A stretch of DNA of 64,000 nt from Balamuthia mandrillaris (taxonomy: Eukaryota). The notes below the pieces were generated by a model, which had not been told where the DNA came from, did not search any database, and worked only from the letters and a program-made list of their open reading frames with translations. Location of the stretch: NCBI GenBank assembly GCA_031835245.2, contig JAVKOQ020000037.1, positions 124,001-188,000 of the forward strand. Direction: 5' to 3'. Below, piece after piece: positions 1-11,728 of the stretch. Every line of letters begins with the position of its first letter. Position 1 is the first letter of the stretch. The position numbers were made by a program, and so were the translations under genes.

Positions 1-1816
1 CTTCTTCTTCCTCCTTTTCCAACCAAAACTCTGGTGGTACGTTTCTAGCAAAGTAGCTCTTCAACACTTCTAACAAAGGCCCAAAGCAAGGAAAACGAAT
101 GGCCAGCTCGCACAAGTCTTCTTTTCGAGGTTTCCACGTTTTCGTCAGGTTTCTTCCTTCGTCAATACTAAACTCGATGTTGCTGAAGGATTGATCGCCA
201 CTATAACGAAGGAGAGCCATGCGAGACCAAACGAGTCGCAAGCACACTCGCTCAAACTTTTGCAAGAGAATCGGCTCCGGCAGCTCACAATACTCCAATT
301 CTTCCAGGTAATCGTGGAACGTTTCTTGATCGATGTAATGCGGAGGCGAGGAAGACGCAGAGTGAAGAAGTTGTTGAAAACAGCGAAGGAGATGACGAAG
401 AACAAAGAACTGCGGATCGTTTTCAACAGAATGAGTCATTTTGTTTTGGAACAATCGCACCAGCGTTCGAATGATCCCATCGACGTTCAAGGGCCTGTCT
501 TCTTCTTTTTCTTCTTCGTTTTCTTCTTGTTCCATCTTCTCATTCGGTTCTTCTACTTTTTCTTCTTCAGTATCAACAATGTGATTTGCTCTATAGACGC
601 CAACAATATCCAACGTCTCATCCCAACCTTCCTTCTTTGCCGCCGCTCTCAACAATTGTAAAAATTGTTCTTCCACTGCTCTTACTGCCGCTTCTTCTGC
701 TGCTTCTTCCATTTTGTTTCCTTCTTCTTTCCGCAAAGAAGAAGACAGAGGAGGAAGAGGAAGAGGAAGATCTGTTTGTTGAGCAATCATCTCAATGTCC
801 AACGCTTCACCAGGAGCAACCGGAAGACGAGAGAGATAGACGAGAATCTGATGACGACCGTCCTCCTTCCTCTCTGAGTTATGACGAAGTACGCTGCTCA
901 ACCACCGCAACCGTCGCAACAACAACTGCCAACTTTCTGTACGCAACTTAATCTTCGTTTTGTTCTTCGTTTCTGTCTCTTCATTCATGCTGATAGTGTT
1001 CTTCTCGTCAGCTTCTTCGCCCTTGGATTGAAACATGGTGGAGGCGTTGACAAAGTATAGGGTCTTGCGAGCGTCTTTCAGGAGGTTCAACGACCGTTTT
1101 AGAATGGCTTCCAAATGATGGTCCCTTTGCGGGTGCGTTTCGTCTTTTTCTTGTTTGTGTGGTTGTTGCTCGTCCTCTGTCTTCATTGCCATCAACGAAT
1201 CTGTTTTGTTAACAAACACACAACCAAAAAAGAAAAACGCAGTGTTAGCAGAATCGAAGCGGAGAAGAGCAGAACAAGGGACTCTAAACGCACCAAGGTG
1301 ATCGCCTCCAATTTCGATGAACTGCAACACGACAAACCGCGTATCCGGTGCGAAGCAAAACTCTTTCGGTCTTTCCCCTTCGTCTCCTTTCACGATCTCC
1401 CACTCGCGCAGGAAGAACTCAAAGTCCTCTCTCGTCATCAGCACGGTCCCTCGGGCCAGGTCCGTGTCCAAAAAGGGCGGCTCGTCTCTGGCCACCTCCA
1501 GCCCCGCGCCCTGAAGAAAGCGGGAGTTGATGAACGTGCTGGTGAGCATCGGCAGGAAGGAGGTCAGCTGGAGAAAGTGTCGATCGTGGTGGTAGGTGAA
1601 GGCGTGCAGGAAGGTCGACTTGCCGGCGTTCTGATCGCCCAGCAGCAGGAAGGTGAAGATGTGCGTGCCGGAGGCGACGAGCGAGGCGAAGGGGCTGTCC
1701 AGCTCGATGACTTCCTCATGATGGAGGTCGGGCTGGTGGTAGACGCTGCGTTGGACGTAGCCGTAGTCCTTGCGCTCCACCGGAAGGTGATCTACTTTGC
1801 TCCCTGCTGGCCACAT
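1..1816 (-). CDS. Atypical P-loop NTPase / small-GTPase-like protein (3' end runs off the window)
   Basis: Manual translation from ATG at 1816: MWPAGSKVDHLPVERKDYGY...FTFLLLGDQNAGKSTFLHAFT (G1/Walker A)...VVLQFIEIGGDHL|DSLM...ARKTLYFVN. One 93-nt in-frame GT-AG intron at 1201-1293. Absent from the ORF track, apparently because the frame stays open to the window edge; ORF 1115..1897(+) is its antisense shadow. Confidence 0.75.
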   Translation of the reverse strand, partial: MWPAGSKVDHLPVERKDYGYVQRSVYHQPDLHHEEVIELDSPFASLVASGTHIFTFLLLGDQNAGKSTFLHAFTYHHDRHFLQLTSFLPMLTSTFINSRFLQGAGLEVARDEPPFLDTDLARGTVLMTREDFEFFLREWEIVKGDEGERPKEFCFAPDTRFVVLQFIEIGGDHLGAFRVPCSALLRFDSANTAFFFFGCVFVNKTDSLMAMKTEDEQQPHKQEKDETHPQRDHHLEAILKRSLNLLKDARKTLYFVNASTMFQSKGEEADEKNTISMNEETETKNKTKIKLRTESWQLLLRRLRWLSSVLRHNSERKEDGRHQILVYLSRLPVAPGEALDIEMIAQQTDLPLPLPPLSSSLRKEEGNKMEEAAEEAAVRAVEEQFLQLLRAAAKKEGWDETLDIVGVYRANHIVDTEEEKVEEPNEKMEQEENEEEKEEDRPLNVDGIIRTLVRLFQNKMTHSVENDPQFFVLRHLLRCFQQLLHSASSSPPHYIDQETFHDYLEELEYCELPEPILLQKFERVCLRLVWSRMALLRYSGDQSFSNIEFSIDEGRNLTKTWKPRKEDLCELAIRFPCFGPLLEVLKSYFARNVPPEFWLEKEEEE

Positions 1817-2361
1817 CCTCTCTCCTTATTTTTATTTTATTTTTTGTGTTTTTTTCTTCTTTTTTCACTGTTTTCCTCCGAATTTCACCCAGTTTGACGA
1901 AGATATTATGAACCCTCAAGCATAGATGTCGACATAAAACAGAAAACGCTTCGATTGATTCCGATTGGTGGAAAAGAAATGAAAATTATCCGATTTACCC
2001 GCCCAGTTTCAGTTTTTTTTCGGTTATGGGAGGCGTCTCTTCGTTGGACAAAAAAAAAGGGGTTTCGTTTTTTTCTTACGACGTGCGGTTACCGCACAGC
2101 GGCTGATTCTTGGTTTCCTCTCCTCTCCTCTCTCTTGGAACTTTGGTTTTTTTGCCTTGCGATATAACCTCGGGGTGAGTGCTTCTGATCTCTTTTTTTT
2201 TTTTTTTGGGTTAAATAAAGTTTCTTTAAAGCTTTGCTGATGTACTATCTTGCACTAAAGGGCATTCAAGTAAAGCCAGGAAGATAGAACGTGTTTTGTG
2301 GAGGAAAGAAGGGAGAAAGAAGCCAATCATAACCTTTTTTTTCTTTGCGACCTCTGAGAGA

Positions 2362-4550
2362 ATGAAGGACGAGGAAGACGCAACTACCACTGTGGGGAAG
2401 GAGGTGTACGAGGAAAAGAGCACACCGCGAAGACGAAAGGAAAAGATGAAGACCGTTTCCAACGGAACGGCAGGCAAGGGATTATTCCTCTACGCTGACA
2501 TAATCAAAGAGGATAGGTCAAAAAGGAAGCCAAGCATGAAGAAGACCTTGATGGAAGCTTTCAGCCCTCGTTCGCGGGCGCGCGCTCAAAAAGAAGAGGA
2601 GCTAGAGGGAGCAGGCGATGAAGAAACCACAGAAGAGGGCACAGAAGACGTTCCCAGCGAAAGCGGAGAGGAGTCAGGCGGAGAAAGATCGACAAAGGCA
2701 ACTGACGCACGAGCCAAGCTGAGTCGCCTTCGAAAGCTACCACCGGGTGCTATTGGGCTCAAGCAAAAGTCAATGACAAACGTCACCACCGGCTCGCTTA
2801 GTGTACATAAACCAATGAAGCGGCCGAGCATCATGAATGACCCCCGCCTGCAAAGAAAACATAGCCTCCGTGACCCCGTCCAATATCCTGGGCGATCCCT
2901 CAAGTGGGAAGCTACTGGTAAGAATACGAGGCTCAACTCTTATCCGCTCTTGTTTAGATTTATTGATACCTCCTGTTTCTCTCTTCTATAGGGGAGCAAG
3001 AGGGTTATGCAGATGGGACCACGGAAACAGAAACAGAGACAGAAAGCTCAGAAGGAGAACATTCTGGCAAATATGCGGTGTTTGATGGAGGAGAAGAAGG
3101 AGAACCTGACGAACAACAAACGCACATGGAAAAGAACGATAAGGAAGGCGAAGAGGAGGATGGAGAAGGCGATAGCGCAGGTGGACAACTTACGGAAGAA
3201 CAGAAAAAACAAAACGCAAGAAAGGCGTTACTCAGGATGAGAAGGCTTTCAACGGGCTTTCAAGCCCAAAAACTAACCAGCCAATACGCTGGCATCATCA
3301 AAGAAGTAAAACGGAAGATCAAACAAAGACTACAAGTTGGCCAAGAGATAATACAGGTGAGTTCTTGCCCTTCGTCTGTCCTAAGTTGATCTAACTAAAG
3401 CCTCTCTGCAGGTGGAAAGAAACTACGTCAAGTACATGAAAAGACTGTCCGACATCCATGACGAACTGGAGAGGAATCAGGCTATACCCACCGGAGAGAT
3501 GAAGAACAAACTATTGGAAATATTTGCCCAGTTCAAGATCTTTCATCAACACCACTCCACCTTCTCAGCACTGCTCAGCGAAAGACTGGAGAATCCTTAC
3601 TGGGACAGTGCCACATCTCTTTTAGGCGACATCTTTCTTAACAATGTACACGGCCCTTCCTTGTTTTGTGTTCTGTCTCGTTGTCCTTATGGTTCTCCGA
3701 GTAACTCCTCATATGCTTCTCTTGAAAACTGTTCAATCAACAACAGACGGCCTTTCTCCTGTGCTACTCAGAGTATTACGTGAGTTATCCCCAATGTGTG
3801 GACTATGTCAAAAAAGCCAGGGCCAGCAACGCCCAAGTGGCCCAATTCTTTAGTGTCACAGAGGCGCAGGAAGATCTGGGCTTCCTGGACCTGCAATCTT
3901 TGCTCATCATGCCAGTGCAGCATGTTCCTCGGTACGGCCTGTTGCTTGGGCAGCTCCTTCGGGCCACCAGCGAGGAGCATCCCGACTTTGACAACACCAA
4001 ACGAGCCTATGCTCACCTGAGAGCAACCACTAAGCAACTCAATGACCACAGCATGATGACCGCGAACAATGCAGCTTCCTCTTCCTCTTCTTCATCCTCT
4101 CCTCGAGGAGGAACGAAGACCCCGCTGGCATGCATGGAGGCAGAGGATATTCAAAGCGAATCTTCTATGGATCGAACGGACATTGGAGAGAGTTTGATGA
4201 CCGAAGAGGAGACCCGAGACCTGGAGGTTCGTTTCGAGCAGCTGATGCAGGAATTGGAGTTTCCGGAGAGGCAGCGAGAGAAGATGAGCAGCCTGCCTAT
4301 TGCCCACAAGAAGCTGTTAGTATTAGGATGGGAGAAAGACAAGCGGAACAAGTCCAAAGGAAAGAAACAACGAGAACAACGCGAGCAACAACAGCAAGCG
4401 GCCACCAGCGATGACGAGAGCACTGGCGAACATGACGGCAAAAAGATTTTGGGGTTATTGAAGATGGGAGAGAGGAAAGGTACCCTCAAGTCAAAACGGC
4501 AAACGAGCAAGAGAAACGTGGGCCAAACCGTAGAAAAGAAAGAGAAGTGA
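2362..4550 (+). CDS. RhoGEF (Dbl homology) protein with a C-terminal formin-GBD-like motif
   Basis: Exons ~2362-2917, 2992-3356, 3412-3645, 3747-4550. DH motifs RLQVGQEIIQ|VERNYVKYM and DLQSLLIMPVQHVPRYGLLLGQLLRATSEEHPDF. Downstream LEVRFEQLMQELEFPERQREKMSSLPIAHKKLLV resembles the start of the Drf GTPase-binding domain. Confidence 0.85.
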
Positions 4551-4639
4551 CCTTCCAAAATAAATGTTTCCCCATTCCACGAGAGAAGACAAAGAGCAAC
4601 AATCATTTGTTCTTCCCGTTTCCTTTTCTTTCCTCCCAA

Positions 4640-4860
4640 AGTTCTAGATACACAAGGACGACAACGTCGTAGCTTACCTCTCTGACCACGCCTGTGGAAG
4701 AAGCGTTGCTTCTAGAACACCCATTCTCTCTTGCCCATTTCATTACCTCCACACGTCCTTGCTCAGCGGCCAAATCCCAGGGGCACCCATTCTCTCCTGC
4801 CCATTTCAACACCTCCTTCCTTGGTGTGTTGATCGTTTCGGGAACGTGCATCCGTTCTGC
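4640..4860 (-). pseudogene. Degenerate ankyrin-repeat fragment of the 'EVLKWARENGCPW' family
   Basis: KEVLKWAGENGCPWD-LAAEQGRVEVMKWARENGC: about two truncated repeats with an internal deletion and no convincing start, in a ~490 bp gap between two + strand genes. Confidence 0.6.
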
Positions 4861-5038
4861 CGGAGCTTCGGCGAACGCAACCCAAAAATAACCTAATAGA
4901 ACCACATGAAGACCGCTGCAGCATTACATCACGATTTGTTCAGCTATAGCGCACACAAAAGCAACGAAAAAAAAAAACAAAACGAAAACCTTTCGGTACG
5001 AGGAGAGAGGCCTCCCTCGTTTTTTTTTTCAACCAACC

Positions 5039-8000
5039 ATGCAACAGCCGGAGAAGGATCGGGAAAAAGAAAGGGAAGACCTGTCACCGCGTAACGTTGG
5101 CTCTTCTTTGGGGGTCTCCCCGCAGAGCCTCGCCAAGAAAAAGCGTAAAGATAAGGAGAGCAGTGCTGCCGCGAAGAAGAGGGCGAGCACCACGACGGCG
5201 CCCGCTCTGACCTCCTCCACGCGCAGGTTGAAGAGCAAAAAGGAAAAGAAGGAAGCGGGTCATTTGTCAAGCTCGTCGTCCGTGTCGTCTCCTTCTCTGT
5301 CGTCGTCGCTTGCCTTCTCCCCGCCTTCTGCATCTTCCTCCGTCACACTCGCTTATTCGCCCGATGAAACGGTTGAAGTGCAGTTAGAGTCTCCTGAACC
5401 TGGTTTGTTTTCTCTTGTTGTTTAAATGGAGCTGCTTGTTGTTGTCTTATGTTGTTCTTGTTCTTGTTCTTGTTCTTGTTCTTGTTCTTGTTCTTCTTCT
5501 TCTTCTTGTTGTTCTTCTTGTTCTTGTTCTTGTTCTTGTTCTTGTTCTTGTTCTTGTTCTTGTTCTTGTTCTTGTTCTTCTTCTTGTTCTTGTTCTTGTT
5601 CTTGTTCTTCTTCTTGTTCTTCTTGTTCTTGTTCCTCGTCTGCTTCTGTTTTGTCTTCTTTTGTTTATCTTACATTTATGCTTTAATGCTTTTCTCCTAT
5701 GCTATTGCAACAACAGAGAATCATTGGTCCTTTGTTCGATGCACCGGCTCTGTACCACCAGGACGCAGCAAACACACTGCTGTTTGCTATAAAGGTCTTT
5801 ACTCCTTGTCCTTCTTCCCATTCTTCTTCTCCTTCTCTCTTCTTCTTTTTCTTCTTGTTCTTCTTCCTCTTGTTCTTCTTCGTTCTTCGTTCTTCGTTCT
5901 TCGTTCTTCGTTCTTCTTCTTTTTCACCGGTTATCTTTGTACTGATGGCTTGATGCTATAATACTTATGCTTAAAAGATGAACTATACATCTTTGGTGGC
6001 GATGATGGCAACTCCCGACTCAACGATCTTTGTTGTCTCAACTTGAGTAAGTCTTCTTTTTTTTTTCCCATTCCTTTGTTCTTCCTTTTCTTCTTAGAAG
6101 CAAACATTTGACCTCTCTCTCTCTCTCTCTCTCGTTCTATCCACTGGCAGCAACGCGGCAATGGAAGGCGATGAGCACGACAGGAACACCACCGGAGCCA
6201 CGCTATTATCACTCCGCCGTCGTACATGAGCACAGCATGCTCATTTTCGGTGGCTACACCACCGAAAACAACAACGACCTGTGTCAATATGATTTCGGTT
6301 CTCTCTCTCTCTCTCTCTCTCTCTCTTCGCGTTCTCTCTCTTATCCTATCCTCTTCGTTTCAATATAGAAACAAAACAATGGACAAAGGTGCAATGCACA
6401 GGAGAGATACCGAGTCGTCGTTCCGGACACAGCGCGGCTCTCTACAACAACAGCATGTGGGTGTTTGGCGGGTACGACGGCAGCCGTCGTTTGAACGACC
6501 TGTTTCGGCTGCGCTTGGACACGATGGAGTGGAGCTCCATCGAGACGTCCGGCAAGCCGCCAACCAGTCGATGCAACTTCTCGGCAGCGGTCATGGGCTC
6601 TTGTATGTACATTTTTGCTGGGCATAGCGGCGCTGCCACCGACTCTGACCTGTACGAGTTCAACTTTGGTCCGTCTCTCTTTCGTCTTTCCATCACCCTC
6701 CATCCTTCAGCTCCTTTGCTTCTCTATTTGGTCTTATATAGTTCTTTTGCGAGTGTGCAGAGACGTCGCATTGGACACACCTGGAGTGCACAGGGCAGAT
6801 CCCATCCAAACGGCTGGGCCACACGGCCGCCGTGTATCAAGGCTGCATGTACATCTTTGGAGGTATCTCCGCCAACCATCTCAGCAATGAAACCTTTCGG
6901 TTCGACCTTGGTACCAAACAAACCTCTCTTCTCCATGCCTCTATTTGTGCTCTTTCTTCTCATGTTTTTGACTGAATGTGTGGCGCAGCGCAACGAGAAT
7001 GGTCGGTGGTAACCACAAGCGGCACGAAGCCATCCAGGAGGTGTTATCACACCGCTGTAATGGTGAACGATCACAAGATGCTTTTATTTGGCGGCTCCAC
7101 CGCGTCCAGCAGCGGCTCTGAAGCCATCTCCAACAACAACCTTTATGAATTTCGTTTTGGTACTTACTTCTCTCTGTCTTCTCTCACTCTTCTCCCTCCT
7201 GTTCTGGACTCCTTCTCCTTCGTTCACTTCCAGTTCTCTTCATTCCTCTATTCACTCAACTAACAAACGGATGATGCATTATAGCGAAAGTATATCCGGT
7301 TTGTACTTTGAGCGAGGATATGGGAAGGCTATGGGAAAACAGAGAGCTATGCGATCTTCTCTTTGTTGTAGGGGAGGAAGGACGGCACTACCCGGCGCAC
7401 AGTCTCATCATTCAAGTGAGAGCCCCGCTTCTGGCTCAACGAATCGTGAACAAGAACGAAGACTCGACCAAAGATAAAATAGAGAAAGAGACCACAGCAA
7501 AGAGTTCTGTGGAGGAGGATAACGACAAGAAAGAAAAGAAACGAAAGACGAAACTTAGGAGCAAAAACAACAATAACCAGAAACGGAAGAGTGTCAATGG
7601 ACCCATCGTGATGGAAGTTCATTTGCCGGACATCGACGTTCGAGTATTTGAGGAGATGATGTATTTTATCTATACGGGAGAAGTTCACGAGCGGTTGCTG
7701 CCGTTTGCCTTCGAGGAGCTGTTTCACCTTCTCTCGGTGGCTCAAACGTATCGTCTCACAAGACTCAAATGTCTTTGTGAACGCGAAATCAGGTACTCTT
7801 TCTTCTTTTTTCTTCTGCCTTCATTCCTCATTCCTCACTCTTCTTTCTTCTTTTTATTATCGAACAAACAAACTCACAAACAACGCGAAAATAATAGAGC
7901 AAGAATAGACATCACTCGAGTTATTTCTGCGTTGAAACAATCCCACGCGGCCATTAAGGACCAAGAGAAAGAACGAGAGCAACAAGGAACAACCCGCAAA

Positions 8001-8693
8001 GCGCTCTCGTCTATGGAGTCCTCCGCCTTGTCCTCCTCGTTCAGCACCAAACAATACTGCATCCGCTTCATTCTCAACAACTACGAAGAGGTCATCGCCC
8101 AAAAGGAGTTTGAGACATTAGACCCGGTTCTCCTCGTGGAGATCATGAGGCTGCATCAACAATATCAACAACACAAGAACTTGGCAGGAAGTTCCATTAC
8201 CAGCAACTCTTCCAATGTTGCAGCCTTGAATGCGGTGGTTCCTCCTTCCACATTCACCTCCACTCCTTCTTCATCCTCTTCTTCTTCTTCTTCCTCTTCC
8301 TCCTCTTCGCTTCCTTCTTCTTCTTCGTCCTCCTCTCCTTCTTCCTCGAATTCTGCTTTGTTTCTTTCTTCCGAACCAGTTATTATTCCTCCGAACAATC
8401 TTCGACAGGAGTTGCGTCGGCTTCGAGCAGACGAATCTACCCATGACTTTACTTTCTTTGTGAGAGGTGAGAAGATTGGAGCACATCTCCTCATCCTCTT
8501 TGCTCGGTGCAAATTCTTCCAGGGAGCGCTTCGCTCCATGATGAAGGAGTCCCAAAGCCTGGAAATAGATGTGAGGATTGGGTCCGTGTCACCTACAGCA
8601 CGGGCTTTTCGTTCTTTCCTCGATTTTCTATACACAGGTATTTACTACTGCCCTCTCTCTCTCATCTCTCTTTGCTTCTCTTTTCTCACAGTA

Positions 8694-8736
<43 letters not shown>

Positions 8737-9158
8737 CACTCTGTTGTCTCTATGGGCTACTTATATCCTTCTCAAACCAAACACAAGGCAAATGCAAACA
8801 CATTCCACCGGAAGAATCAATCTACCTGCTCACCGCGCCAGGCTATTATGGCCTGACGAACGACCGCTTGACGCTCGTCTGCAGTCGCAACCTTATAGCC
8901 AACCTCAACAAGGACAACCTTATAGACGTGCTCATCGCCTCAGAGGACGTGCAGGCCAAGCCCCTCACGGACTATCTCCTCAAGCAAATCGTGGAGGACT
9001 ATGTCAACCTGATGGAGAGCAAGTGGGAGGACGTCTCCTCTCGCCTGTCCAAGCGGTTGTTGCTGATGATCATGGATGCCTTGGCTCAGGACATGAAAGC
9101 CAAACAGCAGCAGCAGCAGCAACAGCTACAAAGGCGATCCACTCACATTCATGGTTGA
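5039..9158 (+). CDS. Kelch-repeat plus tandem BTB/POZ protein (LZTR1-like CUL3 adaptor)
   Basis: About six Kelch blades across short exons (PPGRSKHTAV, PEPRYYHSAVV..IFGG, PSRRSGHSAA..VFGGYDG, PTSRCNFSA, PSKRLGHTA, PSRRCYHTA), then two BTB domains (LCDLLFVVG..YPAHSLII..MYFIYTG; HDFTFFV..AHLLILFARCKFF..FLDFLYTG). Confidence 0.88.
5451..5634. repeat. Intronic (GTTCTT)n microsatellite
   Basis: Hexamer tandem repeat in intron 1 of the Kelch-BTB gene; generates the spurious poly-VL/SC/FL ORFs. Confidence 0.95.
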
Positions 9159-9204
9159 AAATAAAAACAACAGACGTTATGTTTATTTTGTGGTTTTATC
9201 AATA

Positions 9205-9858
9205 TCAGTCAAAATGTGGACACACTCCTCTTCCTTTTCTTTGTGTGAGTGGCGGGTGAGCTCTGACTCCACCTTCTCCTCCTCCTTGTTGCCCCTCTTT
9301 CCCTTCAGCTTCCTCCTCCCTCTCTTTGAATGCAGGCCCTTCCCCTTTGAGCCCCAGAAAACGATGGATGAGCAAAGCCAGCTCCTTCTGCCTCTTTCCC
9401 TTGTCGTACTCCTCCATGAAGTACTCCTGCGTGAGAGGCACGCAGATGGCACCATCCTCAAAGACAAAGTTGACCCTGTAGACCCCTCTCTTCAGCGGAG
9501 ATTCCTCCACCTGCACGCTCATTTGGTCCAGTACCTCTGGAGCAATGCTGCAGGTGTAAAGCCTGACCCCCGTCAACAGGTGGTGCCGTTTGAGCCTCAG
9601 CTCCTGCTTCAGCTTGTCTAGGGTGCACGTCTCCAGCTCGTTGGGGCTGACCAGACCCATCAAGAAGAAAACCAGGCAGAAGAGCAGCTTGAGGAGCTGG
9701 TGGAAGAGAGGGAGCTCCCAGAAGCCCTCGCTGCGAAGGCCTATCACGGGGAGGAAGTTCCACAGGCTGATGCACAGGAAGGCCACGCCCAGAAGGCAGC
9801 TCCGCCAGGGCACTTCCCTCAAAACAAGTCTTGTTTCTGTGTGCTCCACCACTTTCAT
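9205..9858 (-). CDS. CYBC1: EROS / CYBC1 (C17orf62)-like membrane chaperone
   Basis: Single-exon 217 aa ORF with two TM helices. MKVVEHTETRLVLREVP..SCLLG, KLLF, ELETCTLDK, VQVEE, YRVNF...VPLTQ and ELALLIHRFLGL align by eye with recalled human EROS (VETRTSSRLHLKRAP, KLFY, WEEAIFDK, VSVEEE, HPLTQ, AIAKLITSFLEL). Confidence 0.72.
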   Translation of the reverse strand: MKVVEHTETRLVLREVPWRSCLLGVAFLCISLWNFLPVIGLRSEGFWELPLFHQLLKLLFCLVFFLMGLVSPNELETCTLDKLKQELRLKRHHLLTGVRLYTCSIAPEVLDQMSVQVEESPLKRGVYRVNFVFEDGAICVPLTQEYFMEEYDKGKRQKELALLIHRFLGLKGEGPAFKEREEEAEGKEGQQGGGEGGVRAHPPLTQRKGRGVCPHFD

Positions 9859-9899
9859 TTTTCTTTTTCTTTTTTGTTTAATTTTTTCCAGCGTTACAC

Positions 9900-10086
9900 G
9901 TTGGAATGTGAATTATGTGGAACGCGTTAACTATGCAAGTAATGAAATGCATGTGAAGCATGTGAATATTTGGAATTTTTCAGTCAGCAGTTGGAATGTG
10001 AGTTATGTGGAACGCGTAGCATGTGAAGCATGTGAATATTTGGAATTGCTTGCATGACTCAGTGACGTGGCCTGGAGCTGACGTCA
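9900..10086. promoter_or_regulatory. Divergent promoter with direct duplication and bZIP-type sites
   Basis: GTTGGAATGTGA(A/G)TTATGTGGAACGCGT and GCATGTGAAGCATGTGAATATTTGGAATT each occur twice (9900-10047). TGACTCA at 10055-10061, TGACGTGG at ~10063 and TGACGTCA at 10079-10086. Lies between the EROS (-) and heme oxygenase (+) starts. Confidence 0.55.
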
Positions 10087-10186
10087 TTCCTCGGACATTT
10101 AACGAAAATGAAAAGAAAGAAATCAAATAAATAAAAAGAGAAACGAAAAGAGAAGAGAAGAGAAGAGAAGGAAGAAGAGAAACGCC

Positions 10187-11686
10187 ATGGCGGAAGCGCT
10201 CAAAGCTTTGATCAAAGAACAATGCCCGGCGTTCAAGGTGTTTTTGTTTTCAAAAAAAAATTGTTGTTGTTGTTGTTGGAAACTAACCAAAAAAAAAACG
10301 AAAACAATACAAGAACGGTTGTCCCTACGCGGATGCCTCTCCTTCATTTAAAGAACAAGTCGCCAAGTGCCCCGTCTTTCAAAATGGTTTGTTTGTTGTT
10401 ATTTTTTTCAATGTTTTCTTAGGTTTAAAAACCTCCAAAACAAAATACTCATCCTTTTTTTTTAAAAAAAAAAACAGATTGTCCGTTTGCCAATCCGGAA
10501 GTTCTTTCGGGAGGAGGCTCAGCGGAGGAGCTGCTACGTCAATTGCAAGTGGCTTTGCAGCATCACCGCCAGCTGGAGGCTTCGGGCCAACAAAGCGAGA
10601 CACAGGAACAAGCCTCCTCCTCCTTGGAGCAGCAGCTTCTCAACCTCTTGCCAAAACTTCAACCCAAAGGAGGAGAAGACAAAAATGCAGAGAAGAACGA
10701 GGTGGAGGAGGAGAAGAAGAAGAGAACGAACAGTTTTATTGAAGGTCTGAGAGAAAAGTGCCCGGTCTTCAAGGAGGGCTGTCCCTTCAAGGAGCTCCCT
10801 CAGTCGTTCAAGGAGGAGGTCCACAAGTGCCCCTCCTTCACGCAGGGCTGCCCCTTCGCTACCATTTGCTCCAACGGGGAGCGGCTGATCGATGCCCTGA
10901 AGCACCGCACCTGGGAGTATTATCTCACGCAGGGCTTCGCCGTTGCTGATGCTTCTTCTTCGCCGCAGATGACTTCGTCTTCGTCGTCTTCTGTGGAGCC
11001 CAACGACGGAGCGACAGACGAGAACGAGGAGCGGCTTGCTGCACAGTTGAAGTCTGGCACGCAAAAGTCTCATGACTTGGCTGAAAAGGCTTCTTTTGTA
11101 AAGAGATTCCGTGAAGGCATCATTCTCCTCTCCTTGTCGTTCTCTTCTCTTCTCACCATTCTTTGCTCTTACCAAAACTAACAAAACAAACTTTTTACAT
11201 AACAGGTTCATTGGACAAAGAAAAGTACAGAGAGTTCGTTCAATGCCTTTACTTCGTGTACGAAGCAATGGAGGCTGCTCTTGCCAAACACTCTGACCCC
11301 CAACAAAGCGACCTCTACAACGCGGCAGTGGCTCGTATCCACTTCCCTAAAGAGCTGAGCCGCTTGGAAGCCCTCGAAGAGGATCTTGAGTTTTACTATG
11401 GCCAAAATTGGCGTGCTATCATATCCCCATCCCCTGTCACTCAGGAATACGCTGCTCGGCTGAAGCATTGTTCTTCTGTACGAAGATCTTCATTCTCCTT
11501 TCTTCTATTCTTGTTTATTATTTTTTCTTCAATTCTCTTCGTTAACGTACAAACGAAAACAGGAGAAACCAGAATTGTTAATAGCCCACAGTTATACTCG
11601 TTATTTGGGAGATCTTTCTGGTGGTCAGATCTTGAAACGGTTCACTAAAAAGTCTCTAAATCTTCAAGGCAACGAAGGAACCGGTA

Positions 11687-11728
<42 letters not shown>

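Noticed and set aside
1115..1897. 260 aa + strand ORF
   Set aside because: Antisense shadow of the minus-strand P-loop gene.
5415..5961. Poly-VL, poly-SC and poly-FL ORFs (also 13710-14271 and 52658-52981)
   Set aside because: Translations of intronic GTTCTT microsatellites.
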